Shown in pieces: positions 11,558 through 25,177 of a stretch of DNA of 64,000 bases. The stretch is from Oikopleura dioica. Its lineage: Eukaryota > Animalia > Chordata. Every line of letters begins with the position of its first letter. The first letter of the stretch is position 1. The stretch spans positions 434,001 through 498,000 of the forward strand of contig OU015567.1 in assembly GCA_907165135.1 (NCBI GenBank). Direction: 5' to 3'. The notes beneath the pieces are model-generated. The model did not search any database. It was not told where the DNA came from and saw only the letters and a list, made by a program, of their open reading frames with translations. A program made the translations under genes and the position numbers.

Positions 11558-13988
11558 TCAAAATGATTTTTCTTGAGAAAAAGGGGCGAAGAAGATTTTG
11601 CCGTGCGGGCGAATCCACTTGATTACGGAGCCGTTTTGGCTGGCGATGATGAAGCAGGACAGGTGAAAGAAAATGTAAGTGAGACGCTCGTTGCTGATCT
11701 TCTTCTCGACCATGGGTTCGATTATCGGCAGCTAGAAGAAACAAGGGATAACGATGAAGAAGTGGAAGAGTCCTACCTCGCTGGAATTGACGTGCTTCGG
11801 CGCAGGGTTCCTTTCTGTCTCCGAAAATGTCCTGAAAACCACGAATTTATATGCTTTCGTTATTTCACATGAAGAACAATTTACAGAGGAAACGAATATA
11901 TACGAGCAACGAAAAGCGAAATTAAATATTACCGTTGCTGCCATGAATGCGTCGATTGAGAAAATCTGTAATTGTAAATATAGATTCAAGAATCTTTGAT
12001 TAGAAATGAAAACTGTATCAGCAGTGAATCACATGTTAAATCACATGAAACTATTCAGCTGCTGACAAGTCGAAACGATAGAAGAGCGCGAGTTAATATT
12101 CATTTAGGCCAATTACCTTGTTCTTTTTGGAAACATAACATCGCCCGTAAGATCCCAAAGACACAAGATCCCATCGTGTCCAACAGATCCTTTAAATTGT
12201 TTTTAGAGGCAAGCTAATGATTTTAAATGAGCAAGAAAACAAGAGCTAGACCATTTATGAACAACTTTTGCAAGAAAAATATTTTCTTTGATATTTTCTA
12301 TGGCTAATATCAAGCAAAACAGGCTTATTCGGAAGCAAGTAATAACTATCATCTCGAGATGATTTTGAAGTCTGATAACTGATAATTAGCTTCGATTAGG
12401 CTTGATTACTAAATTTATCTTTCTATTTTCCTGAATTTATCCAAAACAATTCCTAATCTTGCATCAATTCCAGCAGAAGAAGCAGCTACAAAAGTATCCC
12501 AGGCAATACTCGAAACCCAAGATCTATGCCCTTGGCATCGGCAAATCGGCTTTCTTGTCTCAACATTGAGAACTGTTATCGAATCATCCTCTCCTCCTGC
12601 GGCAAGAAATCGACCGCTTGGGGACCACGAGCAGCAGAGGAAGCCGCCAAAGAATGAGGAAACGGCGCAGATGTACTCGAACGAAATCTGGTAGTCGTAT
12701 GACACAGAGACCTAAAAGGGAAATGGGCTGAAGAGAATAGACGTTTGTCTGCGCTTCAATTTGATGCAAATTACATCACATGAAAGCTAATTCTTACCTT
12801 GACGACGTAGCATTTTCCGTTTCTACTCGCGATTGCTAATTTTCCTCCATCGGGCGAAAATTGAATCGCAGAAATGGCAGCTTTTCCGAAGCTCCATTTT
12901 CGCAACGGATTTTCTTTCTCTTTCGAATTTTTAGAATCAAATTCGATGAATGGGACTGAAGCATCCTTCTTGTGGCTCCAATTCACTGGCGCCACGGCAT
13001 CCGGGTAGTCTACACGAAATAGACAAGGTCTGGTCGTTTTCTTTTTTCGTACCTCTGTGGAAAGCGAAGAGGTCACCAGAGTTAAAAGCGGCGATTAGGA
13101 TTTCTGACGAGCCGGGGAGCCATTGGATCGAGTTAATTACCGAGTTGTCGTGGTTGCGCTCGTCATTGATCTTGGCGATACTTCGCTTACTCTCGTCACT
13201 TGTCGCCATGTCCACGATTTGAATTTGACCCGCCGTGAAGCCGATGGCTATCTTCACATGATCCTGGAAGATTCGTTAATGACCATGATCGAATTCTAGT
13301 CTAACCTCCGAGGCATCGGCGGGGCAGATGCTCAACGTGCTAGGCAGAGCTTTGAGGAGGCTTTTTTCAGACAATCATACAGTATAATAAGGGGATTCTA
13401 CCATCAAAGAGCCTGGAAGGTTTCTTCGCAGACAAAAAAGCCAGAAAAATTCTTTTCGTTTGGAAAGAGAAAAATTAATTCATTAAAATTTCCTTCCGCT
13501 AAATTTAATATAAAACGTGATCTTGAATCACATGGCCTTGAATTCACAAGAAAAATCATATGACCAGTCCTTCCATGAGAAAAATAATGCTAGAAGCCCC
13601 AATGCCTGATCCCTTGTAAATTCTCTTGTCCTTGTGTCTCGGATTCGTGTCGTGATGAAAGTTGTAATGGTAGACTTCCTTTCCTGTGCAAAAAACGATG
13701 CTTTGCGGATCATCTGGGTGCACTTCCTTCAGAGATAGTTTCGAAAGGTCGGGAACATAGCTGACTGAATCGACTGTTACGATGTTCCGCGGAAGTGCGA
13801 CAAGCATAGAAGCATTTTGATGGCTGTCCTCTTGGTTGTAATTGTAGTCTTTTTCGTATACGCCTTTTTAGAGTTGAAAATTGAAATTTGAAAAGAATAA
13901 ATGGCTCCTTCAATACTTAAACAATGAATTCAACGATTCCTTCTCGAGTTTTAAAATGTGTTTTAAGAGTTTCTGCTTTTTTGACCAT
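11558..13988 (-). CDS. WDR20: WD repeat protein WDR20/DMWD (USP12/46 activator)
   Basis: Family motifs KTHFKTREGVY, DKRIYKG, IGFTAGQIQIVD, NPLRKWSFG...FSPDG, SFFGGFLCCSWSPSGRFLAAGGEDD, GHRSWVS, GSVGHDGILCLWDL and LPIIEPMVEKKISNERLT. Confidence 0.92.
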
Positions 13989-14122
13989 TTTTGACTAGCG
14001 ATTATGACTGAAAAAGACCTTGTTTACTGATGATTTGTTAGCTAGATTCTCTCAAAGAATCTCTTGTTTATTTCATGGATTTTGCAGTGGTGGAAAGTGG
14101 AATGGCATATGAGGAGTGAGAA

Positions 14123-16079
14123 TTAGTTAGAGTACAGATCGTTCATGTCTTTGATGGCCAGCATCTGGAGAAGATTGTTGTCGTGTCCCTTGAAGTTCGC
14201 GACTCCTTCTTCGTCGATCGACTCGAAGGTTCCACGAAGCGTGACAGATCCATTCTCAGCGCAGAGAAGAGGAGCGGAAACAGCAGGCAATCCCCAGCTA
14301 AAATTTTGACAGTGTAAATCAAGTTCGTAACAGTCACCGTTATTTTCTTACCTTTCTTCCCATTCAAATGTCGCGAAATTCTCCTCCTTGCATCGTTTTT
14401 CGCCGTATTTGTTGATACAGTCTTCTCCGAGAATCATATCGACTGGGATCGACTTCATTCCCTTGCTCCAGTTGCAGTAACTGACCATGAAGCACTGTTT
14501 TGGGTTGTGATGGATGCATGGAGTCTCCATTTCGGAGACGGCATTCCAGAATCGTTTGTCGACGATTTGTTGGTAAGCTAAAATCGTTTTTAGGAATGAA
14601 ATTTAGGGGAAGATTAGGCTACCTTTTCCGATCATTTCCGCTTCTTCGGGATCTTCGAATCCCTCCGGTAATTGTCCCAAAACAACGTTGTTCTTCTGCG
14701 CGAATTCATAATTGATCATGATCTTGGTTCGTCCAATCTGTCCATCATCCATCGCGTTGCAAGCAGGCATGACTGGGAGCTTCTCATCGAAGAAGAGAAG
14801 ACATCGAGCAGCAGGAGCGGCGTCGAGGTATCGATCAAACAAGTCCTGGGCCGATGTGAATGGGAAGTGAGCGGAGAGATCTTCGTGCGTCTTGGTTGAT
14901 GGAACTTTCATAGCGCCAGTGGGGAAGTGTTCTTTGCCGTCGATCAGGACGGACATTCCCTCGGCTGGTTTGTGAAAGCGCATGTAGAATTGATCGTAGT
15001 TGTCGAAGATGTTCTCATTCGACCCCCAGAGCAGATGTTCGTGCATCTTTTCGATTCCGATGAAGTTGGTCCACATTTCCACCTTTTCCAAAGTCACATC
15101 TGAATTACAGGCGTCCAGGCCAGTCAGCACCAGTCGCTTTCCGATGACTGTTCCGACTGCTGGTCGATTCATTCGTTCGCTTGCTCGGTTGAGGTAAACG
15201 ACGGAGCTGTGTCCCTTTGATTTGTTAAGCTTTGGCGTGAGTTTTGCCCACATCATGTCGACGATGTCTTTCGGCATCCAGACGTCGTCGGAGACGAGCG
15301 ACTCCATCAACTCGTCGATCATCCACATGTATTTCAAGTCAGCGGTGGATGCGCAAGTTGTCGATTCTGGAAGCTCCTTCGTCACTTCGGCCAACTTGTC
15401 GATCATCGCTCGTTGCGCTGGCTCATTCATTCGCACCTGGAGAAGAGCCTGGTTCGCGTTGAGCATCACTTCCATCATTTTCGTCTTCATTTCTGCTTTC
15501 TTTTCACTCCATTTGTCCATCGACCACTCACCAGTAGCGATTTTCGACATTTTCTCAGAGAGCTTTTCCCAGGGCATGTTTTCGGCGAAGGCTTTCCAGT
15601 CGATATCGCCCATGTGTTCTTTCATTTGGCTGAAGAAGGCCATCTTTCCTTCCATCATTTTCTTCATTTCGGGGTCGGAACCATACTTTTCTTTGTAGTA
15701 CGCAGCCTAAAAAGGGGAGATAAAGAACTTTGATTGAAATTAAACAATGAAATATGGGCTCTTAAGAATTTTAACGGTGTCTTGATCGAAAAGAAGAATC
15801 CTTTACCTTATCTTTGTATTTCTCAAAGCCATGAGCGGCCTTTTCTTCATCCGGAATCGAGTCAAATTGCTCCTTGATCTCGGGGAAAAGCTCTTCCCAG
15901 TCTTTGTCCCCAGTTTCAGCTTTTTTCTCCTCCCACCAGGATTTCTCTCCCTCGGTTTTGCTAGCATCAGCGAGTTGTTGAAGAGCTTCGAATGGAGGCT
16001 CAGTTCCGTCCTGGAGCCAGCTGTCGAGGGATGGAGCCGCCCGGCAGACGGTGAAAAAAAGCGAAGTTGAAAGCTTCAT
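14123..16079 (-). CDS. Secreted Met/Trp-rich orphan protein, about 590 aa, 4 exons
   Basis: Signal peptide MKLSTSLFFTVCRA. A TATAAAA lies about 60 nt upstream. GT-AG introns join ORFs 15771-16079, 14603-15667, 14348-14530 and a last exon WGLPAVSAPLLCAENG...DLYSN* in frame. Confidence 0.8.
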
Positions 16080-16703
16080 TTTTCGTTCAGTTTTTCTTCA
16101 GAAAACCGAATGTGAGCATTTCGAGGGAAATGGGCGCGTTTTATAGTGCATTTGCAGGAAAATTGGCCCCGCGGGCATTTCCAGCGCCCAGGAAAAATTC
16201 GAAGGAATGCCAAACCCGCTTCAGATGTCTTCTGAGTAGGGGTTATCGCTAGATTACATTTTCGCCCGATTCCGACGTTAGAATTTCGCTGACTTCGCAG
16301 CTCACAGAGTTCATACTCGAGTAACAGAAGATTCTAAAGAAATTTTTTTCATAGAATTGCATCTTTCGAATTTCTTGCGTAATCATCGCGCAATCAACCC
16401 TCTTCTCGAATTTTAAGTAGAACACCTTCCCCCTCTTTTACAATATTTTTAATGTAGCAATGTTAAAAAGCAAAGAAACGATGAAAAATTTGTCTCAAGA
16501 ACAACCACTTGGTTATCAATAAGTGCGTAGGTGGCCCTTTTACTGGGGTTCGCAATAATTCCAAAGAAACAGCCCCTGCTCTATTTAGAGTATTCTCTAT
16601 AACTGCTTATTGATAAGGTATTATTCAAGGCATTTGGTTACAGAAAATAGAAGCAAATAAAAAAAACTTTGGCAGTTACAGTAGATAACAGAAATTTCGA
16701 AGA

Positions 16704-19700
16704 TTAAGATGTTCTTGATTCGGCTTCTTTGACGCGATTGAGCAAAATTGTTGCGACTTCATGATCCGGCTTCAGTTTCAAAATCGTTTTCAAAACATGA
16801 GTTCCCTCTTCCAAGTTTCCACCTCTCAAATGCACTTGCGCCAGAAGAACTCGATAGCCAACATCTCCCGGTTTCAATTTGATCGCTTCTTTTAACAATT
16901 CAAGGGTCTTCTCCTTCGCTTTTTCCAAGAAAGCTTCTTCATTTTTCGTCGGATTCGAAACATTTTGGTTGTTTCTAACGATTTCGTGGTACATTGCTCC
17001 CAGCTGGAATTTAACCTCCGCAGCGTGTTCTTTTTCGTGATTGTTTTCGAGGAGCTTTCTGTTGCAATTCTCGAGTATACTCGCTGCCTTCATGAATTGA
17101 TGCTTCTTCGGGCCGTATATCTTCGCCAGGGTTATATGCAAATTGGGCAGTTGACAGTCCCGATCTCGCTTGCTAACAGAATCCTGAAGAATTTCCACGG
17201 CGCGGTCAGTTTCTCCCGCAGCTACCAACACGATCGACTGCTCAAGGACGATCATGTGATTCTCTGGATCGAGTTTTCGAGCCTCTTCGTATTCTTTCTT
17301 CGCTTCGGCCGTTTCTCCACGCTGATATTTTAGACTTCCTAAATTGAGAGAATTATCCAGGTTCAGGGTCTCGAAAATTTGGACGTGCGGTGGATGTGCA
17401 AGCGCGCCCTCTCGCCTTGCACTTCCGCGCGGTGGTCGTGGACTCGCTTCCACGCCCGAGGCTGGAAGTGCAAACGCGCTAGGGGGAAAGTGAGTAGCCC
17501 GCCCCACAGAAAACCTTGAAACGAACCAAAAAAAGTTCGTTCTCAACCCGGAAGCCCTTTTTTGTCGATTTCGGGGTATTATCGCCTACCTACCGGAACA
17601 ACCTGAAATTGAATAAACATAGATTGAACTCACTTAACTAGTCCTTTCCTTTCATAATGGAATTAATTTTGAGTTAAAATAATTGACTGCCAGAAAAATT
17701 TTACTTGACTTTTAAAAACTTCGGCAAAAACCTCCTTCTAATGGGCTAAAGCTAACTTTTAAAAATAAATAAGCACAAAAAAGGGTCAATTTGCAACGTC
17801 AATAATATTTGCGATTTTATGATTACAGGACTGTGAGGTTATAAATCATCTGGCCAAAATGAAATGATTAGAATTTTTATTTGCGAAATTGGTCGAAAAA
17901 AGGTTTTTCCTGAGAGTACCTGACCTGGTGAAAAACCCTGACCTGAGTTCCTGAGTAAAAATCGAGAAAAATTTTCCGAACCCTGTACTCAGGTTGCCGA
18001 GCCCGGGCACATTCGAAAAGGCGCGTCACTCCGGGTGTGCACTTCCAGCCCCAAGCGCGCACTTCCAATCGCGGGCGTGGCACGACCAGCGCCGGGAGTG
18101 GCTCCACGACCAGCTCGCGGTTTTTTTAAACACGCACTTCCAGCGCGCAGAAGTGGAGCGCTCGAGAGCGCGTTTCCACACCCACCGCACTTCCAATTTT
18201 TCGAGACCCTGTCCAGGTTAAAAATTATCAGCCTTCTATGAATTGAAAGTATTTGATCTAAATTCAGCCAAATATGACAATTTTATGATAATCCGATAAA
18301 ATTTTATCACAGCTTTACCTCCCATATCGGAACTGATTTTCTAGCTCTGCTAGCCTTTTATCTTCAGCCTTTTAGCAAGAAATGATAATTTATCGGCCAG
18401 ATTATGATTAACAAGACACCGACGACTAGTTAAAATGATACGTAGAGAATTTTCAAGTGATAGTAGATAGTTAAGAAAGCTGAGGATGAGAATAACGCTA
18501 GATTTATCAGCTTGAATATCAAAAAAAGTGTTCAAAATATGGTAATATGATAGAGGTGTAAAATCGACAATGGAGGCTGAGATCTGACGAAAATCAAAGT
18601 AACAATCAAGGTATAAGTCTGAGGATGAGAAGTTACTCTGGAGGAAGTTCCATTAAGATTTCATAATCAATTTGATTAGAATTCCTTTGATTACGTACCA
18701 AGGCGCATAAACGCTTCGGAGGTAGGCTTTATCCTCAGTGATTTTTCGTACAACTCTTCGGCGTCTCTCACCATCTGGGCTGAGCCAGATCCATTACCAA
18801 GCGTTTGCTTCACCCAGGCGAGATTGACCAGGGGATTCGGATTAAAGGGTTCCAGCGCGATCGCTTGTTCGTAGACTTTGATTGCTTCTTCGTAGCGTTT
18901 TTGTTCTGGAAAAGTTTTTGTTATTTGATTTTGAAGTGAACTAAAAGAACCTGTGAGCAAAGCGCCGTAGTGGTTGTATGGCTCGGCGATGGGAGAATCT
19001 GCGTTTTTAAATAAAAGGAGAATGTGTTGATAAAGCTTTAGGCAGATTTCATGAAAGGCTCTAATTTTTAGCTTTCCAGATATCTACATGAGAACCCCGT
19101 AATCGTCAAAATGACGAGTGGCAGAGTCTTCCGAAAAGTGTTTTTTTAAATCCGCCCCTGTTCCGCGTCCCTGTCAAATCCCCTCCGTTTCATAATCATC
19201 GCCAGTTTGAGTGTCGCAGTGTAGTAAGGTGTGTCATAATTCTGCACCGTGAGAAGCACCTTGACGGCTTCTTGAAGTCGCTCACTTTGAGCGTAGAGCG
19301 AGGCTAAGTTCGAATACGCGCTTGGATGGTGCGGATTCGCTTCGATGCTCTTTTGGTACATCTTCTCCGCCATCTTTGAACCTTCTTCTGTTCCGTCGTC
19401 GTAGAGGACCCCGATGTTGTCGTAGGCTTTGGAATAAGTGGGGTGAAGGCGGATCGCTTCTTCATAGAAAATTATCGCTTCGTCGATCTTCTGCTCGTTC
19501 CGGAGACAATTGCCGTAATTGTAGAACATCTAACGGAAGGATGATCATTGATCAGTCAATCAGTTACGAAACAGATCTGGCTCGGACCTGTTTCATGGCT
19601 GAGAGAACGAATACTTCTATCGAAAGAATCATCCTTTATCAACTGTTTCCTTTGCGTTATGGCGATGAACGGTAAGGCCAGATTCGAATAGATTTTCCTT

Positions 19701-22381
19701 CTTTTTCCATGCGTTGATGCGAAATTCCGTTTTTATCGTAAACAAAATTATCGTTAGGGCTAGACTAGAACGGATGATTGTTGATTTGAGGATTGATTTC
19801 TCAAATTTCTTGTGGAATTTTGTGAAGCCATCGGCAAAGAGAATCGCGAAACCGATGCTTTAGCAGGATCTCATCAAACATTGCCAAGAAGAAAATTCTG
19901 GAAATGGAATGAAAGCTGATTATCAGCGTCAAAGACATTTTTGAATAAAGGAGAATGAAAATTCTAAAACATCCCATTCAAAACAATATTTTGTGATGAA
20001 TAAGACCAACTAATCTTGTTAAATTAATAATATCTTGATCATGAACATACAAGCTTTTCAATGATGAGAATCCAGTTTCTTCTCTTCTATTTTCGGATGA
20101 GAACCTGACCTGGGAGTGTACATGACTCGCTCTGCGACAGCAAATCCGACCGAAACCAACACATTCGAGGCTGGAATAAACGGGACGAAGAGCAGCAAAG
20201 TTGGAAGAAGAATTCGTCGATTATTGAAAAATCCAAAGATGCTGCGGAAACAATGAAAGCCAATAAAGAGGACGGAGGAGAAGAGACAAAGGATCGCAAG
20301 AATTCGACAGTCAGAAAAGTCCTGGACAAGTGGGATCGATCCATAAGCCCAATCGTAAGCCAAGTTCTTCGGGGAGAGCAAAAGCCAGTAGTGCTGAAAC
20401 CAGTAAAAGGCAAAACTCGACCATTTGACAAATTTGTCCTTTGCAAAAGCAGCTGGATTATCAGGCGGAGTAAACACCGGATAAGTTCCGTTCAACACCC
20501 ACAATCGCAGCGAGACAAAAATGAGCAGGTAGCTGAACCAGAAGAGCAACTTGTAAACGAAAAAGAGGATGAAATCGGGATCGAGAATCACTTCTCCGCG
20601 CCGTTTTCTGTTGAAAATGATGATGATTTCTAAAGCGACGAGAATCGCCAGGCAAAAGACGCCGCCTTCTTTGCACAGCATCGCTGAAGATTGATTTGTT
20701 ATCTTTAATCAAAATGTTACATCATGTAAAACGTGAAGGTTCTTTCCCCCACAGATTTATCATTTTTTGAGACGAATAATTACCAATTAAAATGTCTAAA
20801 GACAAATAATTAAATCTTTTCTAGCAGAGTAACTTTTCAAGATAACTCTTGTTTCTTATCTTGAGGAAAGAAAATAATTGTCTTCATATGATTTTTTTAC
20901 ATTTTTAGTTGTAACAAAATCCACTAGTCATTCCTCACAAAAATGAACTCAAATTAAAATATTTAAATAATATAATTATTTATCAATCAAATACGATGAT
21001 CATGAAACTAAAACACCAAGTTTTCTTTCTATGCATAGATTACTCGAATCAAACACAATTTAATCCATCAATATTGAATTTTCCAATCAAGAAGAAAATA
21101 CTATCTACCGGCAAATAGAATGCCGCAGATAAACCGCTCAATGATAATAATTGAATATTATGATAAGTCGGCTTTGTTACGATATTAACGCGCAAACATC
21201 TAATAAACCGTTACGGTTCTTTGAATCAATGTCAATCAAAGTACTGTATCTACGTCAAACCAAATCAGATCCAGCCAGGCATACCCGTCAAGTTTCAAAC
21301 TAACTCATCAATCAAATTTCTTACCTAAAAGCGCATAACATCCAGAAGCAGCCGTGTTATCCCGATTGACGATTGCACTGAGCATAAAATGCGCCGAAAG
21401 AACTTCTGCTCGGCCGACGTTGTTGGCGAAAGATTCAGAATTCAGCGGATGAATTCCAAAAATGATCGCGGCTAGTTGAGCGGATTCTCGAGAGTATCTT
21501 ATTTTAGCGTTGGCGATTAGACTTGAAACAAGCTATTTTTAATTTGAGAGGAAGCGCAATATCAAGTTTGTAGTTTCGTCAACGGTGCCCAAAGCGAAGG
21601 AGAATCAGGTGAAGGCGGTAAACCAATCCAGAATGGAGGAGAATATTCGTCAAATGGAAGAAGAAAGCGTGATTGCCAGTCAGAATCCGATTGATCCTAG
21701 GGCACAGTTAGCAACTTAGCAACTTCGATTTCCGCAAGCGGATGATTCGGTCGCTTCGGAAGATGAATTTTAGATTTTAATTTATCGGAAAAGAGGATGG
21801 TTTTGAATGACTGATTCGAAGTGTTTGATGGGCTTTCCTTTACGTCAATTCAATCATTTCAGAATAAAATTGCCACTCGATTTAGTTAAGAAGTTGTATA
21901 AGCAGATGCATAATACCGGCAATAAATGATTTAGCACTCTGTTTTTGCGTAAATAACATTGAACATGCATTTGTTCTACGCATTTCTCGATAGCTTGAAA
22001 AAAATTGCAAATTTATTTTATATAACAACTTTAAACAAGATGATGGACAAGAAAAAATGATGATTGATTCGACAAACTTGTCGATGAGCTGTCAAATCTC
22101 GTCGTAAAATGACGTAAAACCGACGAAAAGTTACTATTATTTCCGAGTCACCTGTACGTCAACACAGTAAGCGGGCGATACGACTTGTGCGAAGTGACTT
22201 CGGACATAGCCTTTCCCCAGAAATCGTTTTTGAAAAGGGCAAGTAATCCAGTTCTGCCTTGTACGTCAGGATTGCGAACGATTGCTGGTATGTCATCGTG
22301 AACAAAGTCATTTTGGAAAGCGGGGCTGACGATGATGAAGACAATCAATGCCGATGCAAGAGGGGTCGAAAAACTCGGCAT
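16704..22381 (-). CDS. TMTC1: Protein O-mannosyltransferase TMTC (TMTC1-like), with TM region and TPR repeats
   Basis: N-terminus [15 protein letters not shown]...[20 protein letters not shown], then [41 protein letters not shown] and FAVAERVMY, followed by several TPR exons. The paralog assignment is from motif recall. Confidence 0.9.
17364..18211. mobile_element. Non-autonomous hAT-type TIR element (848 bp) in a TMTC intron
   Basis: Imperfect TIRs of about 70 bp, CAGGGTCTCGAAAA(T/A)TTGGA... and ...TTTTCGAGACCCTG. Exact 8-bp TSD TCCAGGTT at 17356-17363 and 18212-18219. Subterminal GCACTTCC repeats. Confidence 0.85.
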
Positions 22382-22684
22382 ATTTGCGGAAAAAGGGCGA
22401 CTTCACATCTGAAATTAAGATTTATTGTTTGAGTCAGTGTCAAATGAGTGGCCTTTCTTGCGGAAGGAAAAATGAGTTCTCCCCAGAAAAAATCATTTTC
22501 AAAAAGTCATGGGAAGCACCTATCGCTTCAAATGAAGTTTTACTCATGAAGAATCACTGAATGAGGCATAAACAAAGGTCAGCATGTCAGGTTCCGACCT
22601 TATACCTAGAAGATAGACGCAGTTTGTGAACTTGGGCAGTGAAATAAAGAACAAAAACAAGTGCTCACATGTCTTATCTTATCT

Positions 22685-24843
22685 TCAAAAGCAGAATTCT
22701 TTGGCAGGAGCAGAAAGCGGCAGAGTCTCCATGGTAAAAGCAGCGGATTTGTAAGCTTCGATTTCTTTTGCCGAAAGATCTTCCATCTTTTTGTAGACCA
22801 CTTTGTCCGCTGAGAAAGAGGAATTGGAAAAATTTTCGAATCTTGGAACCAAGTTCCCAGGTGACAACGACGGCCTGCCCCAAAGTCGGTCGCGAATCTT
22901 GGAACCTCATTATTTCACTGATTGTGCTGATTCTAGATGCACAATCTCTTTTTATGTTATTATTTGTAGTGAATTTCGCACAAAATTGGCTAATTATGAC
23001 CATGATTAAATGAAGAACCCTGTTACTTCTACCTTGGAAAATCCGCCCCTCGCGTTAAACTGTTCTGTGTTTTTGCCGAGTGCCCCTTATTAGTGTTTAA
23101 CTCTAATTTCGAATTGAACAATTCTCCAAATGAATTTAACTTTAGAACAATATTAACCTTACAAACCTAACAGTCAATGAGCTGGAGTGCGCTCCGCGCC
23201 TGTCTTACAGTAAATCTCAGGTTTGACAGTGTCAAAACGGGAAAAAAGTCATATTTTTGCAAAGAAAAGGTTCCAAGATTCGCTTTACTGGCCGTCGTTG
23301 TCAACTGGGAACTTGGTTCCCAGATTCGAAAATTTTTCCAATCTTGGAACTTTTGTTCCCAGATTAGAAAAAAAAATCTAATCTTGGAACCGGGTTCCCA
23401 GATTGGTAAAGTTTTCTAATCTGGGAACCTGGTTCCCAGGTGACAGCATACCACCGTAAAAAGGATTCTCCTTGATTTTGATTCTTACGTTGAGATTTCG
23501 ACAGTTTACTTTCATCGACTGCAATTTTTGACCCAAATACGCTATTCTGACTTGACACATTACTCTGAGCTGCTGTTCCAGAACCGGCCCTGAATAATTG
23601 ACTTAATTCTCTCTCATTCTTTATTAAATTTGAATTGAACCCGAATGGATTGGCAGTTCCAGCTGAAGAGGCAGAATTTGCCGTAGTCGCCGCCGGCTGG
23701 GAGACACCGCCGCCCCCAAAGGGGTTTGACGTTGACGACTGGAAAGGGTTCACGTTTGACTGGGCAGGGGTTGAAGATGCTGCGGAGGAGGAGAAGGAGG
23801 AGCCACCGAAAGGATTTGAATTGGAAGATCCTGGTTTTGGCTTTTCAATTTTTATGACCTAACTCTCTGAGAAGAGCCCATTCTCTGCCGTTTATTGAAA
23901 TTTGAATGATCATTGATCAAGGGAATTTGAAAAGCCTGGCAAAAGGATTTGACGCATTTGAAGTTGCATTTGAGCTTTGATTCGATGAGCCGTAAATTGA
24001 ACCTTGATCTGAAGATAAAACGATAATAGCTCACTAATTAAAAACTTTTTTTAGCGTACTTGAATTTGAAGAAGTACCAAAGACGGCCCCTTTTTGATGA
24101 AGAAAAGAAAGATCCACCAGAGCGGATGGATTGTCGCTTTCGTTTCTGCAGTACTCTCAATTGCTCCTTTATGAAACATCAAAAAGAATGGCAGACATAC
24201 CTTGATAAATGGCACTTTTATTCGCACTGTTGCGGAGATAATTGCGGTTTTCAATAACTCGCTCGTTCAGCTTCTTCATGCTTTCCATGTGGACTTTGAT
24301 GGTCTTATTGCAGTTTATATAATGGAAGTCTTTGGACCTTCATTTTTTTCATAAAAATAATTACTTGTTTTACACTCCACTTATTTCTCAGGCGTTCTTT
24401 ATCTTATATTGTCAATTATACTTGTATTTAACATCTTTATGTTTGATTGGAACTTCTTCGATTTTGCTGAGTAAATTAGTCCGAACTAAAGCATTTTGGA
24501 AAACAGTATTACTGAAAATAGTGTCCAGAGGTCTTTCAAATAAGACAAAGATGAGCATATTGGATATCAGATTTAAAAGATCAAAAATATGGCCAATTGC
24601 GTATTTTTGTATTTCAATGAGATTCGATGAGTCGTTCGAAAAAGACCTTCCTTGGACATTATCCTTATTCAAGTAGAAATTCATCCTGAGCTCTTCTGGC
24701 GAAATATCAAAAGTCTTTGAAAATCCTCCTTTCATATCGGCGGTGACTGAGTACGTAGAAAAAGGCCACACTTTGCCCTTTTCGTTGGCTGCCAGATCGA
24801 CGAGAAGTGTTGAAAATATTGTTGTTTCGTCGTGCTTTGGCAT
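22685..24843 (-). CDS. NUP42: Nucleoporin NUP42/NUPL2 (hCG1)
   Basis: WPFSTYS...DISPEELR, NPFG repeats at 23640-23850 and the C-terminal Gle1-binding-like EIEAYKSAAFTMETLPLSAPAKEF*. The 5' end is uncertain. Confidence 0.85.
22825..23452. repeat. Small TIR repeat family in a NUP42 intron: solo terminus 22825-22875 and an element at 23290-23452
   Basis: 22825-22875 is the reverse complement of 23290-23340 (51 bp, 2 mismatches). Internal GGAACC-GGTTCC palindromic subunits. Confidence 0.75.
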
Positions 24844-25177
24844 TTTCAGCGAAATCTAGGATAATTCCTGGCATGAGTCAATTGTCAACCTTGAAATATG
24901 TAGGCAGGAGAATCTTTTTGTTGTCTCATGTCTGAGAGAAACTTCTTTCTAGGGCATTTTACGGAAAAAATGGAGACAACAAAGAATGAATAAATTTTGA
25001 TTTTTATTATAAGAGATGTGTTGCAAAGTAAAATCTGAATTGTCAGTTCGCGTTTTTATGAAAAGAAAAATTTCTTTAGTAGAAAAGCAGGGAGGAAAAG
25101 GAGAGACATTGATAAGAAAGAACATTGACTGTACATTTAACTCATAAAGTTACAGAAAAGAGAATCGGATCAAGCAT

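Noticed and set aside
16704-17546. 280-aa ORF taken as a stand-alone TPR gene
   Set aside because: It is the last TMTC exon; the first 68 or so codons read through the intronic TIR element.
24060-24257. 65-aa Cys/His-rich plus-strand ORF resembling a zinc finger
   Set aside because: It overlaps minus-strand NUP42 exons (TIKVHMESMKKLNERV...), so it is probably a shadow.
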